Notes: generated from the sequence alone by a model not told the origin. A stretch of DNA of 64,000 bases from Bacteroidota bacterium (GCA_040386155.1 JAZKFZ010000003.1:550815-614814), one strand, 5' to 3'. Counted from the first letter of the stretch, positions 38,129-49,102 are shown. Program-made: numbers and translations.

Positions 38129-38171
38129 ATGTTTAGTAATATTACTAACGCGTTAGTAAATTAGCTAATTT
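38129..38171. repeat. Member of a dispersed intergenic palindromic repeat family
   Basis: atgtttagtaatat + perfect 16-bp palindrome TACTAACGCGTTAGTA + perfect 14-bp palindrome AAATTAGCTAATTT. It lies between convergent gene ends. Confidence 0.6.
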
Positions 38172-38213
38172 ACACCACTACCAAAAAAAAAAGCAATAAA
38201 TCGAATTCTATTT

Positions 38214-38669
38214 TCACTCTCCATACCTCAACTCAATAAAGGCATCAATTAAGTCATTCTCAATCAAAACTGTCAAGTTATACTGTTTCAAGTACCACTT
38301 TCCTTTTTTCTTTACTGCTACCCCAGTTCCCCGACAGCCCCCCATCCACGTATCTAAATCCTCTTCAAACCAAGCTATTTTTTTATTGTCGGAAAAAGTC
38401 CAAAAGCGAGTGTTAGAAACAAATGTCCAAGCTTCTCCCGCATCAAAATGGGGCTTACAGAAATTAGCGAATTGAATTTTGGTCCAACGCTCCCCAGGTG
38501 CTGTACCCAAGTAGATAAAATCATCGTCCATTTCAGCGAAAAAATCATCAAAGCGAGTTTCAGCAGCAGATTTATGCCATTTATCCATCCAGACATCTAG
38601 GGCTGGAATGTTTTGGGAATAAGAAGATGCAGCCATTAATAGCGTGCAAAAAAGTAATTTTATTTTCAT
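38214..38669 (-). CDS. Secreted NTF2-like (SnoaL/DUF4440-like) protein
   Basis: A start at 38669 gives MKIKLLFCTLLMAASSYSQ. The size and W/F-rich pattern are typical of the NTF2 fold. The family call is tentative. Confidence 0.6.
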   Translation of the reverse strand: MKIKLLFCTLLMAASSYSQNIPALDVWMDKWHKSAAETRFDDFFAEMDDDFIYLGTAPGERWTKIQFANFCKPHFDAGEAWTFVSNTRFWTFSDNKKIAWFEEDLDTWMGGCRGTGVAVKKKGKWYLKQYNLTVLIENDLIDAFIELRYGE

Positions 38670-38712
38670 AGGATAAATATAGAGTAAGTCCATTAATTTT
38701 ACAAAAAGAAAA

Positions 38713-39333
38713 ATGGAACATCACATAAAGTCCGAAAAATCATTTCGCTATTACACTCACGGCGACATCCAAAAAGCAACGAAACTTCTTTTTGTTTTTC
38801 ATGGCTATGGGCAATTAGCACAATTTTTCATCCGAAAATTTCATTTAGTATCGGACGACTATTTCATTGTAGCTCCTGAAGGAATGCATCGATTTTATTT
38901 GAATGGGACAGCTGGTCGCGTGGGAGCTTCCTGGATGACAAAAGAAGATCGAGAAAATGATATTGTAGACAATTTAAATTTCCTAGAAAACCTTGCGAAG
39001 GAATTTGAATCCCACAATTTCGAGGAGAAAATTATCCTTGGGTTCTCGCAAGGAGGCGCAACAGCTGCTCGATGGCATTTCCAAAATAAAAACAAATTTG
39101 ATCGATTGATTCTATGGGCATCTATTTTTCCGCCAGATCTAAAGATTGAAAATGAATTTAAATTAAGTTCGAATTCAAAAAACAGCTTTGTTCTTGGAAA
39201 TTCAGACGAATATTTCAATGAGGATCAACAAAAAGAAATCAAAGTATTTTATCAAAAATTAAACTTCGATATCGTAGAGTTTGAAGGAGGACATGATATA
39301 GATTTCAACACCCTATTTCGGGTCTTTGAATGA
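38713..39333 (+). CDS. Alpha/beta hydrolase (phospholipase/carboxylesterase family)
   Basis: Nucleophile elbow GFSQGG and a C-terminal ..GGHDI.. His motif. 206 aa. Confidence 0.8.
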   Translation: MEHHIKSEKSFRYYTHGDIQKATKLLFVFHGYGQLAQFFIRKFHLVSDDYFIVAPEGMHRFYLNGTAGRVGASWMTKEDRENDIVDNLNFLENLAKEFESHNFEEKIILGFSQGGATAARWHFQNKNKFDRLILWASIFPPDLKIENEFKLSSNSKNSFVLGNSDEYFNEDQQKEIKVFYQKLNFDIVEFEGGHDIDFNTLFRVFE

Positions 39334-40053
39334 ATAACCTACGCTAAGTTTTAGGCCTCCACGATAAAATTTGGAACTTGCAATTCTCTCGGTAAATTCA
39401 GGCTTAATGCCAACATAAAAAAACAATGAGGGTTCAATCCTGATTTTCTTGCTTGCAATTTGATAACCAAAAGTTGTTACTACACCATAATTGAAAATGT
39501 GCTTAAACTCATCAATATCGTTCAGATCAGTAGTTGTATGGGATCCCGGGTCACTCTGTGAGCCATAGTCCCAAACTTCCTTTTGTCCATTTAGATTTTT
39601 ATGTAAAAGTAAATTTCCAGAAAATCCAATATTCCATCTTATTTGCTCAAAAAAACGCAAACAAATTGGGTATATATCAAAATTCAAGACTCCTAGTTCT
39701 ATAGATCCTTTAATGGAATTTGAACCACCACCACCTCCATTTCGAAATTCGAATTTTCCACCATAGTTTTGATAGCTAAGAGAAAATTGAAAACGTATTA
39801 AAGTGTCCAAACAGACATCCTTTAATTCCATTCCTAGTCCGAAATTAAATTTAGAAGAATAAAGTTGATTAGAGTGCCCACCTTCGGGCATCATGTCATA
39901 AAATGTACCAACTCCAAAATTTGTAAAGCCAGCTAAAGTTTGTGTTTTAACTTTAAAACTCAAACTGATTAATAAAAGGCATAAAATATGGTATCTCAGC
40001 ACGCTGATGGCAGCTATATTGAAGTTACAAGTTAAACGAAGATTAATCGGCAT
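39313..40053 (-). CDS. Hypothetical outer-membrane beta-barrel-like protein
   Basis: Gly/aromatic alternating strands and a C-terminal LKLSVGYSF. The true start may be the internal GTG giving (M)LRYHILCLLLISLSF. Confidence 0.55.
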   Translation of the reverse strand: MPINLRLTCNFNIAAISVLRYHILCLLLISLSFKVKTQTLAGFTNFGVGTFYDMMPEGGHSNQLYSSKFNFGLGMELKDVCLDTLIRFQFSLSYQNYGGKFEFRNGGGGGSNSIKGSIELGVLNFDIYPICLRFFEQIRWNIGFSGNLLLHKNLNGQKEVWDYGSQSDPGSHTTTDLNDIDEFKHIFNYGVVTTFGYQIASKKIRIEPSLFFYVGIKPEFTERIASSKFYRGGLKLSVGYSFKDPK

Positions 40054-40156
40054 TGGTTAAAATTGAATATGTAAACTTATCTACCGTGGAATATTTAAAA
40101 TAATTAACATGGTCACTTTGGCATAATTTATGATATTTGCATTCGAAATTAAAATT

Positions 40157-40795
40157 ATGAAACACATTTTTACAATTATAGCACTTTTTGCTTTAAGCTT
40201 TGCAAACGCACAAGACGAGAAATCTCAAGGAATTTTGGATAAGGTTTCTACTAAAATGAAGGGGTACAAGTCGTTTTACATCGAATTTTCTGCTACAGTA
40301 AAAAATACGGCCAACGGTACAAATACCACAGAAACCGGAAAAGGATATGTAAAAGGGGAAAAGTTCACCGCTTCTTATGGTGAAAATACGATTCTTTCCA
40401 ATGGTGTAAAAACGTGGACAATTGTAAAAGAAGAAAAATCCGTTTATCAGACTGACGCTAGCGAAAGTAACGACGAAGCTATCAATCCTAAAAGATTGAT
40501 GACCATTTGGGAATCTGGATTCAAAAACAAATATGTTAAATTTGATAAACTGAATGGTGAAGAAGTTCACGTTATTGATCTCTATCCTAAAAATCCATCG
40601 AAAGTAGATTACCATACAATTGTTCTTTACATCTCAAAATCAACAAACGAGCTGAAAAAAGCAATCATGAAAGCAAAAGATGGCACAACAATGACGTACT
40701 CTGTTACGAAGTTCACTGCTAACCCAACATGCGAAGACACTATGTTTGTATTCGACAAGAAAAAATATCCAGGTTATTCAGTTATTGAGGATTAA
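40157..40795 (+). CDS. LolA-like outer-membrane lipoprotein carrier family protein
   Basis: The ATG at 40157 gives MKHIFTIIALFALSFANAQ. The body resembles the LolA/DUF4367 fold (..F.A.F......N......G..Y.KG.KF..). Confidence 0.7.
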   Translation: MKHIFTIIALFALSFANAQDEKSQGILDKVSTKMKGYKSFYIEFSATVKNTANGTNTTETGKGYVKGEKFTASYGENTILSNGVKTWTIVKEEKSVYQTDASESNDEAINPKRLMTIWESGFKNKYVKFDKLNGEEVHVIDLYPKNPSKVDYHTIVLYISKSTNELKKAIMKAKDGTTMTYSVTKFTANPTCEDTMFVFDKKKYPGYSVIED

Positions 40796-40821
40796 TCTTC
40801 AATTCACTGTTATCAACAAAA

Positions 40822-40852
40822 AATCCTGCTTGAGAAAGCGGGATTTTTTTTG
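40822..40852 (+). terminator. Rho-independent terminator, potentially bidirectional
   Basis: Stem AATCCTGC / GCGGGATT with loop ttgagaaa, followed by T8. An A run precedes it on the plus strand. Confidence 0.75.
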
Positions 40853-40952
40853 CTCCGGCAGTAAAAATTCGACAAGAATCCCCACCAAGATCACCGAACC
40901 CTGAGCTACTCGAAGGGCGAGGCACTCGAACCCTTAGGAAACCTCCTATTTA

Positions 40953-42974
40953 TCAATAGTTTAAAAGCTCCTGAACAACCTTTTTCAATCGTTCTTGTGG
41001 TAAGAATTGCTTCTCCAATGAAACTGCAAATGGCACTGGTGTGTCCAAAGATGCAACACGTTTTACTGGTGCATCCAGTTGCTCAAAACAATTTTCGTTG
41101 ATCAATGCAACCAACTCACCTCCTATTCCACCTGTCAAACAATCTTCATGCAGCACAATCACCTTTCCAGTCTTTTTCACTGCGTTAAAAATTGCTTCAT
41201 TGTCGAGTGGTAACAAGGTTCTTAAATCTAAAATCTCAAATGAGCTGTCTGGAAATTCTTGTTGCATCTCCATCGCCCAATGCACCCCTAAGCCGTACGT
41301 TACAATCGTCAAATCATTACCAGAAGCTACCGTTCTTGCTTTTCCAATTTCAACGGTGTAATACTCATTTGGAATTTCTTCTTTCAAACTTCGGTACAAA
41401 TATTTATGTTCAAACACCATCACAGGATTTGGATCTTCAATAGCGGCATTCAACAATCCTTTCGCATCATAAACACTTGATGGATAAACAATTTTTAGTC
41501 CCGGAGTGTGGAAGAACCAGGCCTCATTACTTTGTGAGTGAAAAGGTCCAGCTGCTGTGTTCGCCCCTGTTGGCATCCGCACCACTACATCGGCATTTTG
41601 CCCCCAACGCCAATGAATTTTCGCTAAATTATTTACAATCTGATTGAAGCCACAAGTGGCAAAATCGGCAAATTGCATTTCAACCACCGACTTCATTCCT
41701 GCAATGGAAAGTCCTAAACCAGCACCTACAATTGCAGATTCACAAATTGGTGTGTTTCGAACACGTGCTTTCCCAAATTTTTCTACAAATCCTTCCGTGA
41801 CTTTAAACGCCCCTCCATATTCAGCAATGTCTTGTCCCATGATCACCAAATCGGGGTATCTTTCCATCGATTGTGATAATCCTTCTTGTATGGCATCTAT
41901 GAATCGCTTTTCAGATTTCTCTCCTTTTCCCTCAATCACTTGTTGCACAAAGGGTGCATAAATATCGTCTAGTTCTCGTTGCAAATCTGCTTCAATGAGT
42001 GGTTGACTTTGCGCTGCATCAAAAGCATCTTGAATTTCTTTCTTGAGATTGATTTTGATAGTAGCTTCCTCCGCTTCCGTCAAAACACCTAGCTCTCTCA
42101 AAAACAATTGATAATTCTCAACAGGATCTTTAGTTGACCATTGATCTTGTAATCCTTCTGGATAGTACTTTGTTCCTGAAGCTTCTTCGTGTCCACGCAT
42201 GCGAAAGGTCATCAATTCCAATAAATAAGGTTTTGGTTCTTTTCGAATGTCATCATTGATCTTGCGTACTGTGCGAATAACATCCAATACGTTATTTCCA
42301 TCCACTTGCACAGCTTTCATACCATAACCGATTCCTTTATCAATAAATTGTTTGCATCTAAATTGTTCGATGGAAGGCGTTGACAAGCCCCAGCAGTTAT
42401 TTTCTATGGCAAAAATGACTGGCAAATCCCACACTGAAGCGACATTTACAGCCTCGTGAAAATCACCTTCTGAAGCACCACCATCTCCCGTAAATACAAT
42501 TGTCGACTTCCCTTCGTTTTTCAAAACAGAGGAAAGTGCTATTCCATCTGCAATTCCAAGTTGTGGACCAAGATGGGAAATCATACCTACGATGTTGTGA
42601 TCTTGTGTTCCGAAGTGAAATGAACGATCCCTTCCTTTGGTAAATCCACCTAATTTTCCTTGAAACTGCGAAAAAAGTTGTTCCAAAGAAATTCCACGGG
42701 TAGTAAAAACTCCTAAATTTCGATGCATCGGAAGAATATACTCTTCGTCGTTCATGGCATACGCACAACCAACAGAAACTCCTTCTTGTCCCCACCCAGA
42801 AAACCATTTTGTAATCTTTCCCTGACGAAGTAAAATCAACATCTTTTCTTCAATCATTCGAGGCTTCAGAATCAATTTGTAGATCTCCAACAATTCTTTA
42901 TCGTCAAAACCTTCGCGATTGAATTCAATTTGTCGTGCTGTTAATGCTTCCATTTTATTCAAAAATTTTGACAA
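40953..42974 (-). CDS. Fused alpha/beta E1 component of a 2-oxoacid (branched-chain-type) dehydrogenase
   Basis: 673 aa. The N-terminal half carries the ThDP motif GDGGASEGDFHE...N. The C-terminal half is E1-beta/transketolase-like. Confidence 0.9.
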   Translation of the reverse strand: MSKFLNKMEALTARQIEFNREGFDDKELLEIYKLILKPRMIEEKMLILLRQGKITKWFSGWGQEGVSVGCAYAMNDEEYILPMHRNLGVFTTRGISLEQLFSQFQGKLGGFTKGRDRSFHFGTQDHNIVGMISHLGPQLGIADGIALSSVLKNEGKSTIVFTGDGGASEGDFHEAVNVASVWDLPVIFAIENNCWGLSTPSIEQFRCKQFIDKGIGYGMKAVQVDGNNVLDVIRTVRKINDDIRKEPKPYLLELMTFRMRGHEEASGTKYYPEGLQDQWSTKDPVENYQLFLRELGVLTEAEEATIKINLKKEIQDAFDAAQSQPLIEADLQRELDDIYAPFVQQVIEGKGEKSEKRFIDAIQEGLSQSMERYPDLVIMGQDIAEYGGAFKVTEGFVEKFGKARVRNTPICESAIVGAGLGLSIAGMKSVVEMQFADFATCGFNQIVNNLAKIHWRWGQNADVVVRMPTGANTAAGPFHSQSNEAWFFHTPGLKIVYPSSVYDAKGLLNAAIEDPNPVMVFEHKYLYRSLKEEIPNEYYTVEIGKARTVASGNDLTIVTYGLGVHWAMEMQQEFPDSSFEILDLRTLLPLDNEAIFNAVKKTGKVIVLHEDCLTGGIGGELVALINENCFEQLDAPVKRVASLDTPVPFAVSLEKQFLPQERLKKVVQELLNY

Positions 42975-43087
42975 AAATAGCTAAAATTTAGCTGAAATTT
43001 TCAGCACTCATATCCACTCGTTTTTCACATCAAAAGCTAAAAAAATGTTAACGCCTGTAACGATGCTGAATAGTTTGATTTTATTAT

Positions 43088-43095
43088 TAACTTTG
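43088..43095 (+). promoter_or_regulatory. Candidate -7 box TAACTTTG upstream of guaB
   Basis: TAnnTTTG match 29 nt before the ATG at 43125. Confidence 0.45.
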
Positions 43096-43124
43096 CAAGA
43101 ATTTATCCCAAAAATAGGTTCAAA

Positions 43125-44597
43125 ATGTCACTTTCAAACATTAGCAATATTCAAGAAGGACTTACATACGATGATGTGTTATTAGTGCCTGGATATTCAG
43201 AAGTTTTGCCACGCGAAGTTCAGTTAAAAAGTAAGGTCACACGAAACATAGAAGTGAATGCCCCTATTATGTCGGCGGCAATGGATACAGTTACCGACGC
43301 GCGCCTAGCAATTGCAATTGCACAGCAAGGAGGTATTGGTGTCATTCACAAAAACATGAGCATTGCAGAACAAGCGCACGAAGTAAGAAAAGTAAAACGT
43401 TCTGAAAGTGGAATGATTCTCGACCCTGTTACCCTTTCTGAAAATGCAGTGGTAAAAGATGCGCTTCATTTAATGAAAGAAAACAATATTGGCGGAATCC
43501 CTGTTGTTGACGAAAATAAATTCTTGAAAGGAATTGTTACTAATCGCGATTTGCGATTTGAAAAAAACTTACATCGACCGATTGCCGAAGTAATGACTTC
43601 TAAAAACTTGGTGACTACAGGCGATGGCACAGATCTTTCTACTGCCGAAGATATTTTACAGGAGAATAAAATCGAAAAATTATTAGTGATTGATAAGGAG
43701 AATAAATTGATTGGACTTATCACTTATCGCGATATTATAAAAGTGAAAACGCAGCCCAATTCATGCAAAGATCAATTTGGCCGCTTGCGGGTAATTGCTG
43801 CTGTTGGCGTTACAAATGATACGATGGAACGTGTGTCGGCTCTTTATGAAGCAGGCGTTGATGCCATAGTTATAGATACGGCACATGGTCACTCCAAAGG
43901 TGTTGTTGAGAAATTGAAAGAAGTGAAAGCTAAATATCCTCAATTAGATGTTATTGTTGGAAATATTGCTACTGCTGAAGCTGCAAAATATTTGGTCGAA
44001 GCTGGAGCAGACGGTGTGAAAGTTGGAATCGGACCAGGCTCAATTTGTACAACTCGTGTTATTGCTGGTGTAGGAGTTCCTCAATTAACGGCCGTAAATG
44101 ATGTTGCTAAAGCACTTGAAGGCACAGGAGTTCCTGTGATTGCTGATGGTGGAATTCGTTATACGGGTGACATTGTAAAGGCAATTGCAGCAGGAGCTGA
44201 CATGGTAATGGTAGGTTCGATGTTTGCTGGAGTGGAAGAGTCGCCAGGCGAAACAATTATTTTTGAAGGAAGAAAATTTAAGTCATACCGGGGAATGGGA
44301 TCATTGGAAGCTATGCAAAAAGGATCAAAAGATCGCTATTTCCAAGATGCTGAAGATGACATTAAGAAATTGGTTCCAGAAGGAATTTCAGGTCGTGTTC
44401 CTTATAAAGGTTCAATGCTAGAAGTGATGTATCAAATTATTGGTGGATTAAGAGCTGGGATGGGATACTGTGGTGCTGCCGCCATCTCCAACCTTAAAGG
44501 AGCTAAATTCGTTCGTATTACCACAGCAGGAATGAGAGAGTCGCACCCGCATGATGTTACAATCACCCGCGAAGCACCAAATTACAGTATTAAATAA
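43125..44597 (+). CDS. guaB: IMP dehydrogenase
   Basis: 490 aa with catalytic loop [11 protein letters not shown] and a CBS pair inserted at about residues 95-205. Confidence 0.97.
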   Translation: MSLSNISNIQEGLTYDDVLLVPGYSEVLPREVQLKSKVTRNIEVNAPIMSAAMDTVTDARLAIAIAQQGGIGVIHKNMSIAEQAHEVRKVKRSESGMILDPVTLSENAVVKDALHLMKENNIGGIPVVDENKFLKGIVTNRDLRFEKNLHRPIAEVMTSKNLVTTGDGTDLSTAEDILQENKIEKLLVIDKENKLIGLITYRDIIKVKTQPNSCKDQFGRLRVIAAVGVTNDTMERVSALYEAGVDAIVIDTAHGHSKGVVEKLKEVKAKYPQLDVIVGNIATAEAAKYLVEAGADGVKVGIGPGSICTTRVIAGVGVPQLTAVNDVAKALEGTGVPVIADGGIRYTGDIVKAIAAGADMVMVGSMFAGVEESPGETIIFEGRKFKSYRGMGSLEAMQKGSKDRYFQDAEDDIKKLVPEGISGRVPYKGSMLEVMYQIIGGLRAGMGYCGAAAISNLKGAKFVRITTAGMRESHPHDVTITREAPNYSIK

Positions 44598-44621
44598 ATC
44601 AAATCTATAGAATTCTACACA

Positions 44622-46580
44622 ATGAAAAAGCAACTATTTACAGCCTTAGGTTTAATGATTTCTTTAGGGACTTTTGCACAAGCGCAAGACCCAGTTTTGT
44701 TACAAATCGACAATAATAAGGTAACAAAATCCGAATTTTTACAAGTTTATTTAAAAAACAATAACGACCCCAAATTCGATAAAGCATCGTTGGACGAATA
44801 TATGGAATTGTACCGTAAATTTAAATTGAAGGTGACGGAAGCTGAAGATTTAAAATATGACACCATTCCTAAGTTGCTAAAAGAATTAGAAGGCTATAGA
44901 AAACAATTGGCCCTTCCCTATTTGATTGACTCAGCTCAAAATGAGGCTTTAGTAAAAGAAGCGTACGAAAGAACCAAAACGGAAGTTCGTGCTTCACATA
45001 TCTTGGTGAATTTAGAGTCGAATGCTTCACCTGCTGATACATTGGTAGCTTATGCTCGTATCATGGGATTAAAAAAGCGTATTGAAAAGGGAGAAGACTT
45101 TGCCACTGTAGCGAAAGGAAAAAATGGGTCAGACGATCCATCCGCTGTAAATAATGGTGGAGATATTGGCTATTTTACAGCATTCCAAATGGTATACCCA
45201 TTTGAAGAAAAAGCGTACAACACGCCAGTCGGTTCCATTTCAGAGCCGTTCAGAACTCGATTTGGATACCATATTGTTAAGGTTACTGAGAAGCGTGCTG
45301 CTAGAGGAACGATAAAAACAGCACACATTATGATTGCTGTTGCGAAAGATGCCACGCAGGAGCTAATTGACAATGGACAGAAAAAAATCGACGAAATTTA
45401 TGAGAAAGCAATTGCTGGAGAAAATTTCGAAAGTTTAGCAAGCGATTTCTCTGATGATCCAAGTACTGCCAATAAAGGAGGAGTGCTACCTGCTTTTGGT
45501 TCTGGAACAACGACAAGAATGGTCACTGAGTATGAAGATGCTGCTTTTGCATTAAAAAACGATGGCGACATCAGTAAACCAATTAGAACAAATTACGGAT
45601 ATCATATCATCAAAAGATTAGAATGGACAGATGTTCAACCTTTTGAAAAACTAAAGAAAGACCTACAAAATAAAGTAAACAAAGATGAGCGTTCCAAAAA
45701 AACACAAGATTCATTTGTTGCTAAATTGAAAAAGGAATACAAATTCAAGGATAAATCAAAAAAAGAGTTAAAATGGTTCATTGCCAACCTAGATTCTTCT
45801 TACTACATGGGAAAATGGAATGATGAGAAGTTAACTACAGATAAACCAATTTTCATTCTTGACAAGCAAAAATTCACGCAAAAACAATTTGGTGATTATT
45901 TAGAGCAAAACTTCAGATCTGCGCGTCGCGATGCCAATGAAATTGTAATCAAAAATCAGTTTAAGGCGTGGCAAAAAGAAACAATCTTAGGATACGAAGA
46001 AGCTAAATTAATGACTAAATACCCCGCATATAAAGCATTGGTTACAGAATACCATGATGGAATTTTATTGTATGAAATCATGTCGGATAAAGTATGGAAC
46101 AAAGCCGTGAAAGACACAGTTGGCTTAAGAGAATATTTTGATGCGAATCGCTCGCAATACATGTGGGGAACGCGTGCAGACGCAATGGTGTATGAATGTT
46201 TGACGGAAGGAATTGCTCAGAATGTTTTCAAAATGATCCAAAATGATACTATTACGTCAAAGCACGTTCTAGATGTCATCAATAAAGACAGTGAATTGAA
46301 TCTGAAAGTACAAACAAATAAGTATGATGTGAAAACAACTCCTTTCTTGGTAGATCAAAGTGTAACCAAAGGTGTAATGAAACCATTCGTACACAATGGT
46401 AAAATCTATGTTATAAAAGTGAAAGAAATTTTACAACCCAAAGAAAAAGAGTTCTCAGAGGCAAAAGGAGCCGCTACCTCTGATTACCAAACATTCTTGG
46501 AACAACAATGGTTGAAAGAATTAGAAGGTAAGCACACGATTACCATCAATAAAGAAGTTTTGTATTCAATTGGGAAATAA
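44622..46580 (+). CDS. Periplasmic parvulin-type peptidyl-prolyl isomerase (PpiD/SurA-like, two PPIC domains)
   Basis: Signal peptide plus two parvulin signatures (FGYHIVKV, YGYHIIKR). Confidence 0.85.
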   Translation: MKKQLFTALGLMISLGTFAQAQDPVLLQIDNNKVTKSEFLQVYLKNNNDPKFDKASLDEYMELYRKFKLKVTEAEDLKYDTIPKLLKELEGYRKQLALPYLIDSAQNEALVKEAYERTKTEVRASHILVNLESNASPADTLVAYARIMGLKKRIEKGEDFATVAKGKNGSDDPSAVNNGGDIGYFTAFQMVYPFEEKAYNTPVGSISEPFRTRFGYHIVKVTEKRAARGTIKTAHIMIAVAKDATQELIDNGQKKIDEIYEKAIAGENFESLASDFSDDPSTANKGGVLPAFGSGTTTRMVTEYEDAAFALKNDGDISKPIRTNYGYHIIKRLEWTDVQPFEKLKKDLQNKVNKDERSKKTQDSFVAKLKKEYKFKDKSKKELKWFIANLDSSYYMGKWNDEKLTTDKPIFILDKQKFTQKQFGDYLEQNFRSARRDANEIVIKNQFKAWQKETILGYEEAKLMTKYPAYKALVTEYHDGILLYEIMSDKVWNKAVKDTVGLREYFDANRSQYMWGTRADAMVYECLTEGIAQNVFKMIQNDTITSKHVLDVINKDSELNLKVQTNKYDVKTTPFLVDQSVTKGVMKPFVHNGKIYVIKVKEILQPKEKEFSEAKGAATSDYQTFLEQQWLKELEGKHTITINKEVLYSIGK

Positions 46581-46601
46581 TTTTTCAGTTCAAACGTTTA
46601 A

Positions 46602-47969
46602 ATGAATTTAACAACAACTATGCATAAATTAGTTCTTTTCTTTTGCTTTAACGCCGTTTTGTTTTCGGTCCAAGCACAGCCTGGAGTAGTCGACAAAATA
46701 GCAGCACAAGTAGGAGACAACATTATTCTTCTTTCTGATATTCAGGCTCAAAAATACCAAGCAATGCAAGGTGGAGTCACTGTCGATGAGAATTTCGAAT
46801 GTACTGTTTTAGAAGATTTGATGTTCGGAGAACTGTTGTTAAATCAAGCGCTTTTAGACAGTATTGTGATTGCTGACGAACAAGTGGAAGCAGAAATGGA
46901 AAACCGCCTTCGTGTCCTAGAGCAACAAATTGGAAGTCGCCAGAAGTTGGAGGAATTTTACGGAAAAACGGTTACTCAGATTAAAGACGAATTTCGTTTG
47001 ATGATCAAAAACAGGATGCTTTCTCAAGAAATGGAGAATAAATTAACCTCTGCAATCAACGTAACACCAAAAGAAGTTGCAGCGTACTACAATAGTATCC
47101 CGAAAGATAGTTTACCCTTGATCAATCAGCAGTTAAGTTTTCAGCAAATAGTGCACTATCCTGAAATAACAAAGGAGGATAAAAAAAGAGCTTTTGACCA
47201 ACTTGCTGAAATTCGACAAAACATTATCGACGGGAAAAGTACTTTTGAAACGCAGGCGCGAATTCACTCTATGGATCCTGGAAGTGCTAGTCAAGGAGGA
47301 AAAATACAAGCAACAAGGGGGATGATGGTTCCTCAATTTGAAGCAAATGCCTATGCCTTGAAAGTGGGAGAAATTTCGGAAGTTTTTGAAACGGCTTACG
47401 GCTACCACGTGATGAAGTTATTGGAGCGAAAGGGAGATGATTATACGTGTTTACATATTTTGATCATTGCAGAATTTACCAATGAGGCGTTAGAGCAATC
47501 GGCGAAAATCATAGATTCTTGTTATGCATTATTGAAACAAAATCAAATCACATGGGATGAAGCTGTGCTTCGCTACTCTAATGATTTAGAAACGAAGCAA
47601 AATAAGGGAATTATTACTAATCCAATCAACGGACAACAAACGTGGGATATGGAAGATTTGAATCAAATTGATCAACAGATTTTCTTATTGACAGAGCACA
47701 TGGAAAAAGGTGACATCACTGCCCCAAATTTATATGGAAATATTGTTTCGAGAAAACAAGGAGTTCGTATTGTTCGATTGATGGAACGAATGCCTCAACA
47801 CCTTGCTAATATGAATGACGATTACGCATTGATTAAATTAGCCGCGGAAAATCAAAAAAAGCAAAAAACACTAAATAGTTGGGCTGCTGGAAAATTAGGA
47901 AACGCATACATAAAAATTGATGAGTCATTCCAAAGTTGTCAATTCCGAAATAACTGGCTAAAAAAATAA
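46602..47969 (+). CDS. SurA-like peptidyl-prolyl isomerase/chaperone
   Basis: Signal peptide, SurA N-domain-like region, and parvulin signature YGYHVMKL. Confidence 0.85.
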   Translation: MNLTTTMHKLVLFFCFNAVLFSVQAQPGVVDKIAAQVGDNIILLSDIQAQKYQAMQGGVTVDENFECTVLEDLMFGELLLNQALLDSIVIADEQVEAEMENRLRVLEQQIGSRQKLEEFYGKTVTQIKDEFRLMIKNRMLSQEMENKLTSAINVTPKEVAAYYNSIPKDSLPLINQQLSFQQIVHYPEITKEDKKRAFDQLAEIRQNIIDGKSTFETQARIHSMDPGSASQGGKIQATRGMMVPQFEANAYALKVGEISEVFETAYGYHVMKLLERKGDDYTCLHILIIAEFTNEALEQSAKIIDSCYALLKQNQITWDEAVLRYSNDLETKQNKGIITNPINGQQTWDMEDLNQIDQQIFLLTEHMEKGDITAPNLYGNIVSRKQGVRIVRLMERMPQHLANMNDDYALIKLAAENQKKQKTLNSWAAGKLGNAYIKIDESFQSCQFRNNWLKK

Positions 47970-47983
47970 ATAAAAACTAAACT

Positions 47984-48937
47984 ATGTCTGATGTACAAGC
48001 AATCGACCAATTGGTTGACCACTACAAGTTGTTAAAGAATGAAATTCACAAAGTAATAGTTGGACAGGACGAAGTAGTAGATCAAGTATTGATTTCCATT
48101 TTTTCGAGAGGGCATTGTTTATTAGTTGGAGTTCCTGGCTTGGCGAAAACGCTATTGGTAAATACAATTTCTGACACATTAGGATTGAATTTCAACAGAG
48201 TACAATTCACACCAGATTTAATGCCTTCTGACATTATTGGTTCAGAGATTTTGGATGAGAACAGAAATTTTAAATTCATTAAAGGTCCTCTTTTTTCAAA
48301 TATTATTTTGGCGGATGAAATCAACCGTACACCACCAAAAACTCAATCAGCACTTCTTGAAGCCATGCAAGAACGATCAGTAACAGCTGCAGGAACGAAG
48401 TATATTTTAGATGCACCATTCTTTGTCTTGGCAACGCAAAATCCAATTGAACAAGAAGGAACGTATCCCCTTCCTGAAGCACAATTAGACCGATTCATGT
48501 TTAATATTTGGGTAGATTATCCAAGTTATGTAGAGGAATTGGCGATTGTGAAAGCAACAACCTCAGATGACAAACCGACGTTGAACAAAGTACTGACTGC
48601 TGAGCAAATTATTCAATATCAAGATTTAATTAGACGAATTCCTGTGGCAGACAATGTCTTGGAATATGCAGTGAAATTGGTGGGGAAAACAAGAGCGAAT
48701 TCAGAATTTGCCCCAAAAATTACAAAAGAATTTATTTCTTGGGGCGCTGGACCACGCGCATCGCAATATCTAATTGTAGGAGCAAAATGTCACGCCGCTT
48801 TGAATGGAAAATACTCACCCGACATTGAAGATGTGAAAGCTGTTGCAAAACCAATTTTACGTCACCGTATTGTGCGTAATTATAAAGCAGAGGCCGAAGG
48901 TTATTCTACCGATAAAATTATTGATGAATTGCTTTAA
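47984..48937 (+). CDS. MoxR-family AAA+ ATPase
   Basis: 317 aa with Walker [12 protein letters not shown], Walker B ILADEINR, and [22 protein letters not shown]. Confidence 0.92.
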   Translation: MSDVQAIDQLVDHYKLLKNEIHKVIVGQDEVVDQVLISIFSRGHCLLVGVPGLAKTLLVNTISDTLGLNFNRVQFTPDLMPSDIIGSEILDENRNFKFIKGPLFSNIILADEINRTPPKTQSALLEAMQERSVTAAGTKYILDAPFFVLATQNPIEQEGTYPLPEAQLDRFMFNIWVDYPSYVEELAIVKATTSDDKPTLNKVLTAEQIIQYQDLIRRIPVADNVLEYAVKLVGKTRANSEFAPKITKEFISWGAGPRASQYLIVGAKCHAALNGKYSPDIEDVKAVAKPILRHRIVRNYKAEAEGYSTDKIIDELL

Positions 48938-49013
48938 TGGATGAGAGAGATAATTGTATCTAGTACAAAAAAAAATCAAATTATTGAATTAAAATCCTTT
49001 ATTTATGAGGGTT

Positions 49014-49074
49014 TCGACTGACGTAATATTGCGTCGACTGACGCAATTTAGCTAATTTGCTAATTTGCTAAAAT
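49014..49074. repeat. Member of the dispersed palindromic repeat family (two core units plus tandem GCTAATTT)
   Basis: tcgactgacgtaatat / TGCGTCgactGACGCA / atttagctaatttgctaatttgctaa. It lies between the convergent MoxR and gdhA ends. Confidence 0.6.
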
Positions 49075-49102
49075 GTATCTACAATATCATCCCATTTATT
49101 TC

